DNA of 64,000 nucleotides from Candidatus Latescibacterota bacterium (lineage in GTDB: Bacteria > Latescibacterota > UBA2968 > GCA-2709665). Within the stretch, counting starts at the first letter, position 1, and the number at the start of each line of letters is the position of its first letter. The translations under genes were made by a program, and so were the position numbers. The stretch lies in NCBI GenBank assembly GCA_965208835.1, contig OZ242358.1:4384001-4448000 (forward strand), read 5' to 3'. A model generated the notes under the pieces. That model saw only the letters and a program-made list of their open reading frames with translations. It made no database searches and was not told the DNA's origin. Positions 9,450 through 19,604 of this stretch are shown piece by piece.

Positions 9450-10607
9450 CTACAACCGCGGCCGGCTGCCCGTCCCGTACCCCACGAGTTCCACGTATCC
9501 CTGCCCAATCCGCTTCCCGTCACGGCCGGTGATTTCCACCGCGCCCTCCCAGTAGAACATCGACCTGATCAACGCGCTATGGTTTTCCTGGTCCGCCATC
9601 ACGGGCCGGATCGACATCCGCAGGTTCTCGGCGGGCAGCGCGACCTCCCAGCGCGAGGGGTAGACCGCATCCGTTTCCGGACTTTCCCAGGTCTCCGTCG
9701 CTCGAATGGAAAACGCTTCGGGCGCCAGATACCTGGCCTGCCCCGACGCCGAGACTATTGTACCGCCCGCGTAATCCGCGGCGCCGGTGGTATCCCGCAG
9801 CACGTACATCATCACCTCGCGGCCGTCGTCCAGCTGCAGGCTGAACCAGTCCCACCCCACCTGATGGGCTTCCAGCTGGTTCGACCCGAACTCCTTGTCC
9901 ATCCAGCTCCGACCCGTTACCGCCAGCCGCTCGCCGCCCAGCCTGATCTCGCCCGTTGTGGCAAGCCGGGTAAAGCTGTAATACTGGCTGGCCGCGGCCT
10001 CGGCATTGCCTTTTCTGCTGAATCCGTTCGGCCCCTGGAAGATCATCTCTTTTTCGGGCCGGGTCGAAAGCGAGAAAGCCATAGGCTGCCGGCTGTCGGT
10101 CATCGCGAAATCGAAACCGGATCCGTTCCACCTCAACGTCCATAGCGCGTCGGTACCCGCCGGCGCCCGGCTCCATGCGATCAGCGTGTCCGGATACTGG
10201 CCAAACCCACCGAGCAGGGGCGTGATCCGGTAGATTACCTCGCTGAAGTGATGGCGTCGCGACTCGAGATCGCCGATGGCCGCGTGGCCCATGATCACAT
10301 TGCCGGCCGCCCATTCCGAGGCCAGCGAGGGACGCTGCGGCAACATTCCAACCCTGAAGAAGGTGAACTGGTACCCGAAGCGGCGCCCGTCCTCCGATGT
10401 CAGATGCCCCGTAAAATACCACCATTCCGTCTTGTACCCGTCACGCGCCCAGTGGTCGCGCGGGAAGGCCCACGGATAGTCCGGACGGGCGGCCTTCCAC
10501 TCCCCGGAGTGGACCGCGGGGGCGGTCGCAAGCAGGCAAAAAGCGAGCGCAACCCGCAATCTCTCAAGCCAGTAGCGGGCGCGCTCCGTTTTCAGGATCG
10601 ATTTCAC
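9450..10607 (-). CDS. AttH/CrtC-like lipocalin-domain secreted protein
   Basis: FPRDH, TEWWYFTGHL, SWMDKEF, GWDWFSLQL, YWEGAV, GYVELVGY. Confidence 0.88.
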   Translation of the reverse strand: MKSILKTERARYWLERLRVALAFCLLATAPAVHSGEWKAARPDYPWAFPRDHWARDGYKTEWWYFTGHLTSEDGRRFGYQFTFFRVGMLPQRPSLASEWAAGNVIMGHAAIGDLESRRHHFSEVIYRITPLLGGFGQYPDTLIAWSRAPAGTDALWTLRWNGSGFDFAMTDSRQPMAFSLSTRPEKEMIFQGPNGFSRKGNAEAAASQYYSFTRLATTGEIRLGGERLAVTGRSWMDKEFGSNQLEAHQVGWDWFSLQLDDGREVMMYVLRDTTGAADYAGGTIVSASGQARYLAPEAFSIRATETWESPETDAVYPSRWEVALPAENLRMSIRPVMADQENHSALIRSMFYWEGAVEITGRDGKRIGQGYVELVGYGTGSRPRL

Positions 10608-10715
10608 GATTCGAGCGATTCGTCCTCCGGGGGTTCTTCGAGATTTGCCCTCACGACGACGTTGCCCGCGATAAAATCGTGGATAGCCGGGTTTTTAAAG
10701 ATTCCTGCAGTTTAC

Positions 10716-12173
10716 TCATTTGGATCCTCCTGGCACCAGACCACCGAAGCCTTCACGACCCTGCCGGAAGAGCTCCCGGACGTCTTCGCGCTGCCGGTCC
10801 GTGTTGTAACGGCCCCAGGTATCGATCCATTTCAGCGAGTCGTCTATACCGTTCAGGAAATATTGCGCGGATTCGTCTCGCTCGGCGGGGGGACGGCCGC
10901 ACGAGAAATAGACCGGGCTGCTGTGGGCGTAGATGGACTGGCCAAAGCTGTCGCGCCCGTCGCCCCAGAGCCGCGCGGCGATCCACCCGTCCCTGTCGAC
11001 GTCCACGCGATGGCGGACGGCTCCGGCGCGTTTACCTTCGGCATCGTTCTCCGCGTGGATGACGCGGCCATTCATCACAACTTCCACGCGATGGACCGGA
11101 TAGAAGGAACTGAAGCTGGCTTCGATATCGAGCGCGCCGCCGGAGGGCAGCCGGACCGTGGATCCCATCGGCTGATCGTTGACGGTCAGATCGACGGCGG
11201 GGCCGTTGGTGATGAAGGTGTTGCCCGCCTTCATACCGGCGATCCAGTTCTCGTAGGAAAACGCGTCGCTGGTGTTGACGTACACGCGGTTGTTTGAGCA
11301 GACGAACCAGTCCGTGCCGGTGGACGCGGGCAGGCGGATGCCGCAGTTGAGGAGCTTGTACCAGAGGTCGTATTCGGGGTCCATCCAGAAGGGATCGAAC
11401 AGGTTGAAGGCATCCAGTTTCCCGAGCACCGCAGCGACCGGCGCCTCCATGCCCCGGCCGTTGTGGCACCAGATGACGATACCGCCCTGGTCTCGCGCTT
11501 CGTCGCAGCAGAAGCAGAGGGGTGGATAGTCCGGGTCGAACTGGGCGGTAAGGATGTGGCCGCGGCTGACGGGCTGGACGATATTGCGGATGTTGAGAAA
11601 CATCACGTGTCCGTACCCGAAGCCCCAGGGCGAGTTCTCGCCGTAGTGGCGGTTCTCTTCGCCGATGTCCAGGACGTGATGCGCGGTGGTGAATTCGTTC
11701 ATCACGCCGATGGGATACTTGTTGCTGGCGTAGGGGAGTTGCCTCCTGTCCAGAACACTGACGACGGTCACGTTGTAGCCTTCGACGCTGGAGTCGATGG
11801 CCAGCCGGTCGTCCGGCCGCGATTCTTTTTCGTCGTAGTGGATGTGGGTGTTGCCAGGGTACCAGTTGTTCTCCTGCGGGAAATACCATCGGTTGAGGAC
11901 GATTTCGACGTCTCTCGCGCCGTGTTCGGGCATGTCGACGACCGTTCGCCGGGGCTCGTATTCCGTCCCTCGTTCCACCAGGACGTCGGTACGCCCGCGG
12001 CCCCCCCGGACCTCGAAATCCCCGTCGCAGAAGAAGAACGCCGTTCCCGGGCCCCGCTTCAGCACGGCCTCGGGAGGATGCGCAAAACGGCCGTCGGAGG
12101 TCAGCACGTGGACCTTGGCGTCGATCCGCTCGCCGGTCGCGCCGTCGATGATATGTCCTCTCAGGATGCCCAT
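10716..12173 (-). CDS. CehA/McbA-family (PHP-like) metallohydrolase
   Basis: WYPGNTHIH, WCHNG, WYKLLNCGIRLPASTGTD, GNTFITNGP, YAHSSPVY. Confidence 0.85.
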   Translation of the reverse strand: MGILRGHIIDGATGERIDAKVHVLTSDGRFAHPPEAVLKRGPGTAFFFCDGDFEVRGGRGRTDVLVERGTEYEPRRTVVDMPEHGARDVEIVLNRWYFPQENNWYPGNTHIHYDEKESRPDDRLAIDSSVEGYNVTVVSVLDRRQLPYASNKYPIGVMNEFTTAHHVLDIGEENRHYGENSPWGFGYGHVMFLNIRNIVQPVSRGHILTAQFDPDYPPLCFCCDEARDQGGIVIWCHNGRGMEAPVAAVLGKLDAFNLFDPFWMDPEYDLWYKLLNCGIRLPASTGTDWFVCSNNRVYVNTSDAFSYENWIAGMKAGNTFITNGPAVDLTVNDQPMGSTVRLPSGGALDIEASFSSFYPVHRVEVVMNGRVIHAENDAEGKRAGAVRHRVDVDRDGWIAARLWGDGRDSFGQSIYAHSSPVYFSCGRPPAERDESAQYFLNGIDDSLKWIDTWGRYNTDRQREDVRELFRQGREGFGGLVPGGSK

Positions 12174-12293
12174 AAAGAACTCCGGGGTTGGAATTTCATA
12201 TCATAAAGGCGCCTATTGCCCTCATCGACCGAAGACGAATCCATGCAGGTTCACTTCACACAGCCGGCGTCGAACGGCACATGCGCCACCAGC

Positions 12294-12317
12294 GGGCGAC
12301 CGGCCGGTCGCCCCTGC
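12294..12317. repeat. REP-like palindrome GGGCGACCGGCCGGTCGCCCCTGC
   Basis: Same GGGCGACC/GGTCGCCC stem as the 7053 and 9395 copies. Confidence 0.7.
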
Positions 12318-12389
12318 AAATGCAATGAAGGTACAACGAGGCCAGGATGCCCTCGATCCGGGGGAAGAGGTCTCGTCTGTTGGCTTCCA

Positions 12390-13652
12390 TCAGCCTTCGT
12401 CCCCCGACGCCTCTCCCGTCGCTTCCTGGAATTCGGCGATCCATTTTTCGGCGTCTTCCCCGTTATAGGTTCCAATGACCGCGCCGCTGTGTTCCGGAAG
12501 CTCATAGGATGCCGTCTTGCCGACGTGTGGCGTCAACTTTTCACGCAGGGTGTTTGCCGTTTCGTGGTACATTCCGTCCAGAATGGATTCCATCTCCTCC
12601 AACGCCAATCCGCCGCTGAAAATCGCTCCGCTCAGGTCGGTCTCTTCGCCGACGGACTGCGTCACGCGCTCCGAGAATGAGTCCGGGTAATCCACGTGAC
12701 TCCTCACGCCCTGAAACTGCGCCTCGGTGAGGTCCGCACCCTGAAGATTCGCATCCACAATGAAGGCACCCTGAAGATGCGCGCGTCCCAGCGTTGTGCC
12801 GCGCAGCATCGAACGGGCGAGATCGGCGCCATGCAGATTTGCCCGGGAAAGGCTCGCGGCGTCGAGTCGCGCCCCCACCAGGTCCGCGCCCTGCAGCTTC
12901 GCCCATGAAAGGCCGGCCACCTGCAGGTGCGCCCACGACAGGTCCGCACCCTGGAGTTGCGCCCCCACCAGGTCCGCGCCCTGCAGATTCGCCTCAGCAA
13001 GATTGGCGCTGCACAGATACGCGGCACAGAGTGTCGCTCCGTTCAACCAGCTTCCCTGCAGGTCGATGCGAAGCCCTTTGCAGATCTCGCCAGGCGATGC
13101 GAACAGCAGGTTAAGCAGGCTCTGGACCTCATCTGAAGGTTTCGACCTGTGCCTCCTCCGGTACGTGTCCTGTTCCGTGGTGCGGCGGATATGAGAGCAG
13201 AGAATGTCCAACACTGGCTGTCGTAACGCTTCCGTATCCTGCGCGAGGTGGAAGAGTTCGTAGGCGCCGCCCAGGCGTACGGCTACTGACTCGTGCCCCA
13301 TGTGTTCGACGCCGTAATGCAGGCGTTGATGCCTCCGTCCCAGTTCGGCGCCGTGGCTCGCCCGTGCCTGCTCCGCAGTGGCCCTGGCCTGCTCTACCGC
13401 CGACTCGGCCTGTGCTCTTGCGACCGATTCCATTTCTCTGGCGCGTTTGTAGGACATCAGGGCGTTCAGCGCAACCAGGACACCGGCAGCGCCTATTCCC
13501 AGGAACTTAAACGTATCGGCTTTCTGGTCCATACCCAGAGCCGCGGACATGGAATATGCGGCCCCGGGTAAGAACAGGAAGCTCACGAATGCCCCCAACG
13601 CAAGCACGAGCAGGGCGATCAGAACGGTCTGCAGAACCAGGAAAAGATTCAT
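12390..13652 (-). CDS. Membrane-anchored pentapeptide-repeat protein
   Basis: 2 N-terminal TM; VRLGGAYEL..LA; A(D/N)LxG repeats; RBS GGAGG. Confidence 0.9.
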   Translation of the reverse strand: MNLFLVLQTVLIALLVLALGAFVSFLFLPGAAYSMSAALGMDQKADTFKFLGIGAAGVLVALNALMSYKRAREMESVARAQAESAVEQARATAEQARASHGAELGRRHQRLHYGVEHMGHESVAVRLGGAYELFHLAQDTEALRQPVLDILCSHIRRTTEQDTYRRRHRSKPSDEVQSLLNLLFASPGEICKGLRIDLQGSWLNGATLCAAYLCSANLAEANLQGADLVGAQLQGADLSWAHLQVAGLSWAKLQGADLVGARLDAASLSRANLHGADLARSMLRGTTLGRAHLQGAFIVDANLQGADLTEAQFQGVRSHVDYPDSFSERVTQSVGEETDLSGAIFSGGLALEEMESILDGMYHETANTLREKLTPHVGKTASYELPEHSGAVIGTYNGEDAEKWIAEFQEATGEASGDEG

Positions 13653-13816
13653 TGGGTCCTCCCTGTAAAGTGGCGGTATTCAGAATCGGGTTGAGATGTT
13701 GTCCCGCATCCCGGTCATGTCGGACGCGGAACCACGTGACAAATGCATCGCGGTCTCGGAAATATTCAGTCATATGCTGCCATTGGCAAACAGAATTCGC
13801 GGCACACCGCCCTGCC

Positions 13817-16348
13817 TCACACCATCAGATCGTCCCGGCCCAGTTCGGTTGCCGGGGTACGGCTGGCGCGCACTGCAGGGTAGAGACTGGCCAGAAAGGC
13901 CGCTCCGAGTATGGCTGCCACCTGCTGGAGAACGGGTCCCCAGGGCCAATAGACCTGTATGGTCCATCCGAAATACGCCCGGTTGATCTCGAAAACAAGC
14001 ACACCCGCGAGCAGCACGCCCCCCAGAAGTCCGAGCGCCAGGCCCAACAGTCCGAATCCCATGCCCTGGCCCAGAAACACCAGGAAGACCTGGCTGCGCT
14101 TCGCGCCGACCGCGCGATATAACGCCAACTCGGTTACCTGCTCCCGCACGAGTACCAGAAGCATCAGCATAATCCCGCAAACGGCAATCAGCAGGCTCAT
14201 ACCCTGCAGAATCCGGGTGACCAGAAACGTCTGGTCGAAAATCCGGAATACCTCGTCTCTCAGCCGGCGATTGCTGCGGATTTGCAGCGGCGCATCCGAA
14301 TACCGGGCTTTCAGGCCCTCTATGACCCTGTCCCCGTCCCAACCCGGCTTGAGGAATAGCGCCGCGCCGTTGACCGGACCGGGGCCGAAGGTGGTCTCCA
14401 GTGTTTTCAGGTCCATGACGACCGCGCCGCCGCCAGTATGGTAGTCGTAATACACACCTGCCACGGCAAACCGGACCTCCCCCTCCGGTCCGGAAACCGG
14501 GATTTGGTCACCAGCCCACGCATCGATCCCGCGCGCAAGCGTTTCTCCCACAAGAACCGCGGACTCCTCCCGCACTCGTCGGAACGCCCCATCCACGTTT
14601 CCGTCGAGCAGCGGAAAACGCACCTCGCCCCCTGGAAGCGCCATGTCAACCCCGGCCAGTCCAATCTGACGGTCGCCGGACCAGGCGGGGAAGCCGCGGA
14701 GGCGGTCCACCATCGCTACGCCCGGGTGACCCGCCAGAGAATCCACGAGTTCATCACTCAGTGTACCCTCGTTTCCGCGCCCCCGCCAGGAAGCGGGCGA
14801 AATATAAACGTCCGCGCGGACCGACGCGTTGACCCACACCTCCATCGTCCGCCGGAAACTTCCGATCATCAGCGTGATGCCCACCAGCATGCTGACGGCG
14901 ATGGCCAGAGACGCCACCGCGAACGACGTCGTCCGGATCCGGACGCCCAGCGCCCTCAGGCTGTACCCTGGCCCGAATCCCCTTACGCGCACCCGGCCGC
15001 AAACCTGGCTGATCGTAAACGGCGCGCACAGCGGCAGTCCGATGAGGAGCGCCACACACAGCACGAACCCCGCGTGTTTCCATTCCCGTCCCCATCCGAA
15101 GTACCACACGCCAGCCGACGCGAAAATACACATGCCCGCCGAAAAAAGGCGCAATACCAGCGACCCCGTATGCTCCTGAAGCGGCACTGACGAAAGCAGG
15201 GCACGTGTATCCCGTCGACTCATGTCCAGCGCGGGCGCCAGCGCGCCCGCCAGCGCGCCGCCCATCCCGATCGCCACGCCCAGCCCGTACAGCCACCCCG
15301 GCAGCGTCAGGGATGAGATTTCCTCCAGCAGGTAGAGATTGGTGAGCGTCGCGCTCACAAGCTCCATGTTCGCCTCGGCGGCCCAATACCCCAACGGCAG
15401 CCCGAGCAGCACCCCCACCGCCCCCAGAAGCGCCACCTCCCCCAGTATCAGCGCAAGGACCTGAACTCGTGTTGCGCCAAGAGAGCGCAGGAGTCCGAAC
15501 TCCGCCCGCCGCCGTATCAGCCCCGCCTGCGTGCTGCTGTACACCAGAAACAATCCAACGAACAGGCTGATCAGGCTCATCGCCGTGAGATTCAGCCTGA
15601 ACGCGGCAAGCAGTCCCTCAGCCTGCTCCGACCGCTGGCCGGGCGTCGCCACGCGCACCCCGGGTCCAAGCCTTTCCTGCAAACGCCTTCGGACGCTGGC
15701 GGCTTTGGCGCCCCGGGCCACCCGCACGTCTATCTGATGCAGCTCGCCCTTCCTCCCTGTCAGCGCCTGCGCCTGCGCGATATCCATCACCACCAGCTTC
15801 CGGCTGGCGACCGGGCTCAGCGCCTGGAAGTCCACCAGCGCCCCCACGCGCAGCCGCACCCTCCGCACCCCGCTGTGCACTTCGAACGTATCGCCCACGG
15901 CCCAGCCGAACCGCTTTGCCAGGTCCGGCGTTACCGCGCTCCAGCCGTCTCCCGCGAGCGCGGCCGGAAGATCGCCGGGGTCGCCCCGCCATGGGATCCG
16001 CATCGGCGTGAAAAAATCGACCCCCAGAACCTCGAGGTAAAACCGCTCCCGGCCCGCCAGCACCACGTCCGTGCGGTACAACGGCCACGCCGCCGCCACA
16101 CCCTCAACCGACAGCACTTCGGGGTACAAATATTCCGGAAACGCCGGCGTCTTTCCCAGCACGCTCAAGTCCGCCTCCCCGCTTACCGCCCGCACGGTCC
16201 CTTCGAACGCGGCCAGCGCATTGAAATTCACAATCTGAATGGAGAGCACCGAAGCAACGCCCAGCGCCACCCCGAATACGGTCAGGAAATAGAGGCTGCC
16301 CCCCGCACGAAGATGGGCGCCCAGCGATTTAGCGAAGTATCGGATCAA
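13817..16348 (-). CDS. FtsX/MacB-like double ABC permease (AttFG-like)
   Basis: GVALGVA; two RRxEFGLLRSLGA / ELALYRAVGA motifs; LYPAVRAS. Confidence 0.92.
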   Translation of the reverse strand: MIRYFAKSLGAHLRAGGSLYFLTVFGVALGVASVLSIQIVNFNALAAFEGTVRAVSGEADLSVLGKTPAFPEYLYPEVLSVEGVAAAWPLYRTDVVLAGRERFYLEVLGVDFFTPMRIPWRGDPGDLPAALAGDGWSAVTPDLAKRFGWAVGDTFEVHSGVRRVRLRVGALVDFQALSPVASRKLVVMDIAQAQALTGRKGELHQIDVRVARGAKAASVRRRLQERLGPGVRVATPGQRSEQAEGLLAAFRLNLTAMSLISLFVGLFLVYSSTQAGLIRRRAEFGLLRSLGATRVQVLALILGEVALLGAVGVLLGLPLGYWAAEANMELVSATLTNLYLLEEISSLTLPGWLYGLGVAIGMGGALAGALAPALDMSRRDTRALLSSVPLQEHTGSLVLRLFSAGMCIFASAGVWYFGWGREWKHAGFVLCVALLIGLPLCAPFTISQVCGRVRVRGFGPGYSLRALGVRIRTTSFAVASLAIAVSMLVGITLMIGSFRRTMEVWVNASVRADVYISPASWRGRGNEGTLSDELVDSLAGHPGVAMVDRLRGFPAWSGDRQIGLAGVDMALPGGEVRFPLLDGNVDGAFRRVREESAVLVGETLARGIDAWAGDQIPVSGPEGEVRFAVAGVYYDYHTGGGAVVMDLKTLETTFGPGPVNGAALFLKPGWDGDRVIEGLKARYSDAPLQIRSNRRLRDEVFRIFDQTFLVTRILQGMSLLIAVCGIMLMLLVLVREQVTELALYRAVGAKRSQVFLVFLGQGMGFGLLGLALGLLGGVLLAGVLVFEINRAYFGWTIQVYWPWGPVLQQVAAILGAAFLASLYPAVRASRTPATELGRDDLMV

Positions 16349-16408
16349 CGGAACGGCCCTGATCTGCCAAAAACAGTCAATATACGATGCGTTCGGCGCC
16401 CCGGGCGG

Positions 16409-17125
16409 TTACGCGGGGGCGTGCGGCGGGGACGGTAGGCTCAGCTCTCCGCTGTGCAGTTCCCAGACCTCGTCGGCCAACGCGGCGAATTCCCGGCTGT
16501 GGGTCACGTAGACCAGCGTCGCGCCCTCGTTTTCAACCAGGTCCATCATCATATTCATCACCCGCCGCCCGTTCTCGTCGTCCAGGTTGCCCGTGGGTTC
16601 ATCCGCCAGCAGCAATCCGGGCCGGCGCAACAGCGCCCGGCAGATGGCCACCCGCTGCTGCTCGCCCCCCGACAGCTTCTGCACCGGGTCACCGGCGCGG
16701 TCGGCCAGATCCACGCGCTCCAGCAGTTCCAGCACCCGAGGGCGGTACAACCCCGTCTTCTCCCCGGCGATCATCGCCGGCAGCGCGACGTTATCCGCCA
16801 CCGGCAGGTGCGGCATCAAATAGAAGAACTGAAAGATGAGCCCGATCTCGTCCCGGCGCAGCTTCGTTCGCGTATCTTCCGACAGCGTACTCAGGTCCCG
16901 TTGGCCGACTCTCACGACCCCTTCAGTTGGGACGTCGATACCGGCCGCCAGGTGCAACATGGTGGACTTCCCGCTCCCGCTCCGTCCCACAACCGCCACC
17001 CTCCGGCCCGGCTCCACGACAAACGAAACGCCGCGAAGCGCATATCGCAATCCGACGCCTGCATCGTAGGCCTTCGAAACGGCTTCAAACGAGAGCGCGT
17101 TTGCTATTTCGATTTTACCGTTCAT
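16409..17125 (-). CDS. ABC transporter ATP-binding protein (LolD/AttE-like)
   Basis: GRSGSGKST, LSGGEQQR, LLADEPTGNLD, VTH; start uncertain (17125-17167). Confidence 0.92.
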   Translation of the reverse strand: MNGKIEIANALSFEAVSKAYDAGVGLRYALRGVSFVVEPGRRVAVVGRSGSGKSTMLHLAAGIDVPTEGVVRVGQRDLSTLSEDTRTKLRRDEIGLIFQFFYLMPHLPVADNVALPAMIAGEKTGLYRPRVLELLERVDLADRAGDPVQKLSGGEQQRVAICRALLRRPGLLLADEPTGNLDDENGRRVMNMMMDLVENEGATLVYVTHSREFAALADEVWELHSGELSLPSPPHAPA

Positions 17126-17272
17126 CAGGGCCGTATCGGGGAAGAACGCGAGGTGTCGCGGGTACACGACACTGGAGCGTGCAGATGGATTGCGTTTGCG
17201 ATCGCGGTTGTTTTCGCGTATCTATTTCAGCACAGATCGTAATGCTAATCTTCCTCCGGGGGCGTCCCTTCG

Positions 17273-18328
17273 ATGTCGTTCATCAGAAAGAAACATACGC
17301 TCACAAGCCTGGCGCGGACCTGCGGGTGAGCGGCCAAAATCAGTCCGGTCGGACTGAAGAAACTCCTGGACGGCCTGCCTCAAAACACCGACCCGAATCT
17401 GATGGTGGGATTTCAGTCCAGCGACGACGCCGGTGTCTACCGGATGGACGACGAGACTGCCCTGGTACTCACGGCGGATTTCATCACGCCTCCGGTCGAC
17501 GACCCGTACGTTTTCGGACAGATCGGCGCGGCCAACGCCCTCAGCGACGTCTACGCCATGGGCGGACGGCCCATCGCGTGCCTGAACCTGATCGGATTTC
17601 CATCCCGGCGGCTCGGGCCGGAGGTCCTGGAGGGCATCGTCGAGGGCGCCCTGAGCAAGATTACGGAAGCGGGCGCTGTACTGGCGGGCGGGCACACGAC
17701 CGACGACGAGGAACCCAAGTTCGGCCTGTCTGTGACCGGTGTCGTGCACCCTGAAGAATACTGGCACAACGCCGGGGCCCGTCCGGACGACCTGCTCATC
17801 CTGACCAAGCCCATAGGCAGCGGCGTGCTGTTTAACGCCAACCTAAAGGGATGGGTTTCGGACGCGGCGCTCAAGGATTGCCTGGACACCACGTCGGCCC
17901 TCAACAAAACCTCGGTTGACGTGATGGCGGGGTTTGACATTCACGCGGCGACAGACGTCACCGGCTTCGGCCTGGCCGGCCACGCCCTCGAAATCGCGAG
18001 GGGTTCCGGGCTCACCCTGGAGATCTCGGCGGCAGACGTCCCGGTGATGCCGGAAGCCCTGGAAATGTACGAGAAGGGCGTTGGCACCGGCGCCAACGCC
18101 GCCAACCGGGAACTCATCCGTGACGCGACCCGGTTTGACGCGGCCCTGCCTGAACGGCACGACGAGATATTCGTCGATCCCCAGACCAGCGGCGGTTTAC
18201 TGGTCTCGGTTTCTCCCGACCAGGGACGAAACCTCCTGACTGCCCTGCACGACGCCGGAGAGCGTTGGGCACGTATCATCGGTTCCGCAAAGCCGCTCGA
18301 CGGGAGCGCGCAGATCATCTTTGCCTAA
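17273..18328 (+). CDS. selD: Selenide, water dikinase; selenoprotein with Sec at codon 19
   Basis: ATG 17273 reads MSFIRKKHTLTSLARTCG-TGA-AAKISP.. in frame into ORF 17402 (DDAGVY, DFITP, ANALSDVYAMGG, TDVTGFGL, DPQTSGGLL). Confidence 0.93.
17340..17357 (+). promoter_or_regulatory. Bacterial SECIS hairpin
   Basis: TCAGTCC-GGTC-GGACTGA; G-starting loop 17 nt after the UGA at 17327-17329. Confidence 0.75.
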
Positions 18329-18488
18329 CAGTCCGCTGATAAAGTCGCTCTGCAGGCAAGGCCGAGCCATTGTGGCCGAAGACAAGGCGCGCGACCGAGT
18401 CCCATCTTGCGATTCGGCGAGGGAGCGCAACGCAGTATTTCGACCGCAAGGGCCGGCCGTAGCCCGGATGGACTTTATCAACGGGCTG
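18329..18488. mobile_element. 160-bp MITE flanked by CTAA duplication
   Basis: TIRs CAGTCCGCTGATAAAGTC / GACTTTATCAACGGGCTG (16/18); CTAA at 18325-28 and 18489-92. Confidence 0.75.
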
Positions 18489-18492
18489 CTAA

Positions 18493-18549
18493 GTGTTCTG
18501 TCCCAAAAAAATCTCACCATTCAGGCAACCTGTTTCCGGGACAGAACAC
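18493..18549. mobile_element. 57-bp IS630-derived mini element
   Basis: Perfect TIR GTGTTCTGTCCC / GGGACAGAACAC followed by TA; near-identical to the ends of the IS630 at 52227-53407. Confidence 0.7.
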
Positions 18550-19568
18550 TAGCGGCCGACCGCGCTTTCCGCCACGCTAAGCCCGGGACACCGCGTCAGC
18601 ACCATCTCTCCCACCCTGCCCACCGCCTGCTTCACCCCCCAGGTGGGCCGCGGCTGTCCGATCGGAGACAGCTTGATCAACACCCTGTTTCCGGGACGCG
18701 CCAGCACCAAGACGCCGAAGTGCTGTGAAAATGCGCCCTCTTTGACCAGCGCCTCCACCAGACAGTCCCCGTTCCTGTCGGTGTAGAGGGCCGCCAGTTT
18801 GATCACCACCGTGACCCCGCGATGTTCCGTCTGCCACGAACAGGCTTCAAAATCCGCCGGCAACCGGTCACGATCGTACTTGCCCTTAAGCAGCATATTC
18901 GGCATCGGTCCAACCTTTTCAACGGCTCTTGCCTTGGCGCCGCCTGCTTTTCGCCGCCAGACGAAATAACGGACGGACGCCCCTGCATCCAGGGCCTTTC
19001 GTTCATACTTGGTGGGCTTCCTACCGTGTATCCTGCACACCGACGGCGTCTGGAAGCCGGATCGCAGAAGCGGTTGCGATCCCAGAATTTCCGAAATCCA
19101 CGACGCGTATCCACCGTGGTCCGTCGCCACGGTTACCGTGCCGCCGGGCGCCAGCCGTTCCGCGAGCACCTGGATGAATCCCGGCTGGATCAGGCGCCTG
19201 CCGTGATGCCGCTCCTTGGGCCAGGGATCCGGGAAGTTAATATAAACCTGCGCGAGGCTTTCCGCCGAAAAGAGACGTTCCAGCACAAAATCCGCCCCTC
19301 CATGGACCACACGCACATTCTCCGGCCCGCCCCGATCCAACCGCCTGAACAACCGCTGAACCGACACCCACGATCGTTCGATTCCTATGAAATCCATCTC
19401 AGGATACGCACGGGCCCGGTCCACCAGAAACTCGCCGGTGCCGAAGCCGACTTCCACGACCAGCGGGCCCGAACGGCCGAAGACCTTCCCCCAGTCAACC
19501 GGCCAGTCCACCCTTGTCCAGGATACCGTGTAATTCAGGATGGCTTCGCTAAGCGGCCTGGCAGCCAT
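18549..19568 (-). CDS. trmB: tRNA (guanine-N7)-methyltransferase with C-terminal extension
   Basis: VEVGFGTGEF, INFPDPWPKERH, ATDH, TKYERK. Confidence 0.93.
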   Translation of the reverse strand: MAARPLSEAILNYTVSWTRVDWPVDWGKVFGRSGPLVVEVGFGTGEFLVDRARAYPEMDFIGIERSWVSVQRLFRRLDRGGPENVRVVHGGADFVLERLFSAESLAQVYINFPDPWPKERHHGRRLIQPGFIQVLAERLAPGGTVTVATDHGGYASWISEILGSQPLLRSGFQTPSVCRIHGRKPTKYERKALDAGASVRYFVWRRKAGGAKARAVEKVGPMPNMLLKGKYDRDRLPADFEACSWQTEHRGVTVVIKLAALYTDRNGDCLVEALVKEGAFSQHFGVLVLARPGNRVLIKLSPIGQPRPTWGVKQAVGRVGEMVLTRCPGLSVAESAVGR

Positions 19569-19604
19569 GACACCGCTCCATGGGGAACAAACACACTGTC
19601 GAAT

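Noticed and set aside
18549-18900. Novel domain fused to TrmB
   Set aside because: Long C-terminal extensions are already known in some TrmB lineages; novelty cannot be supported.
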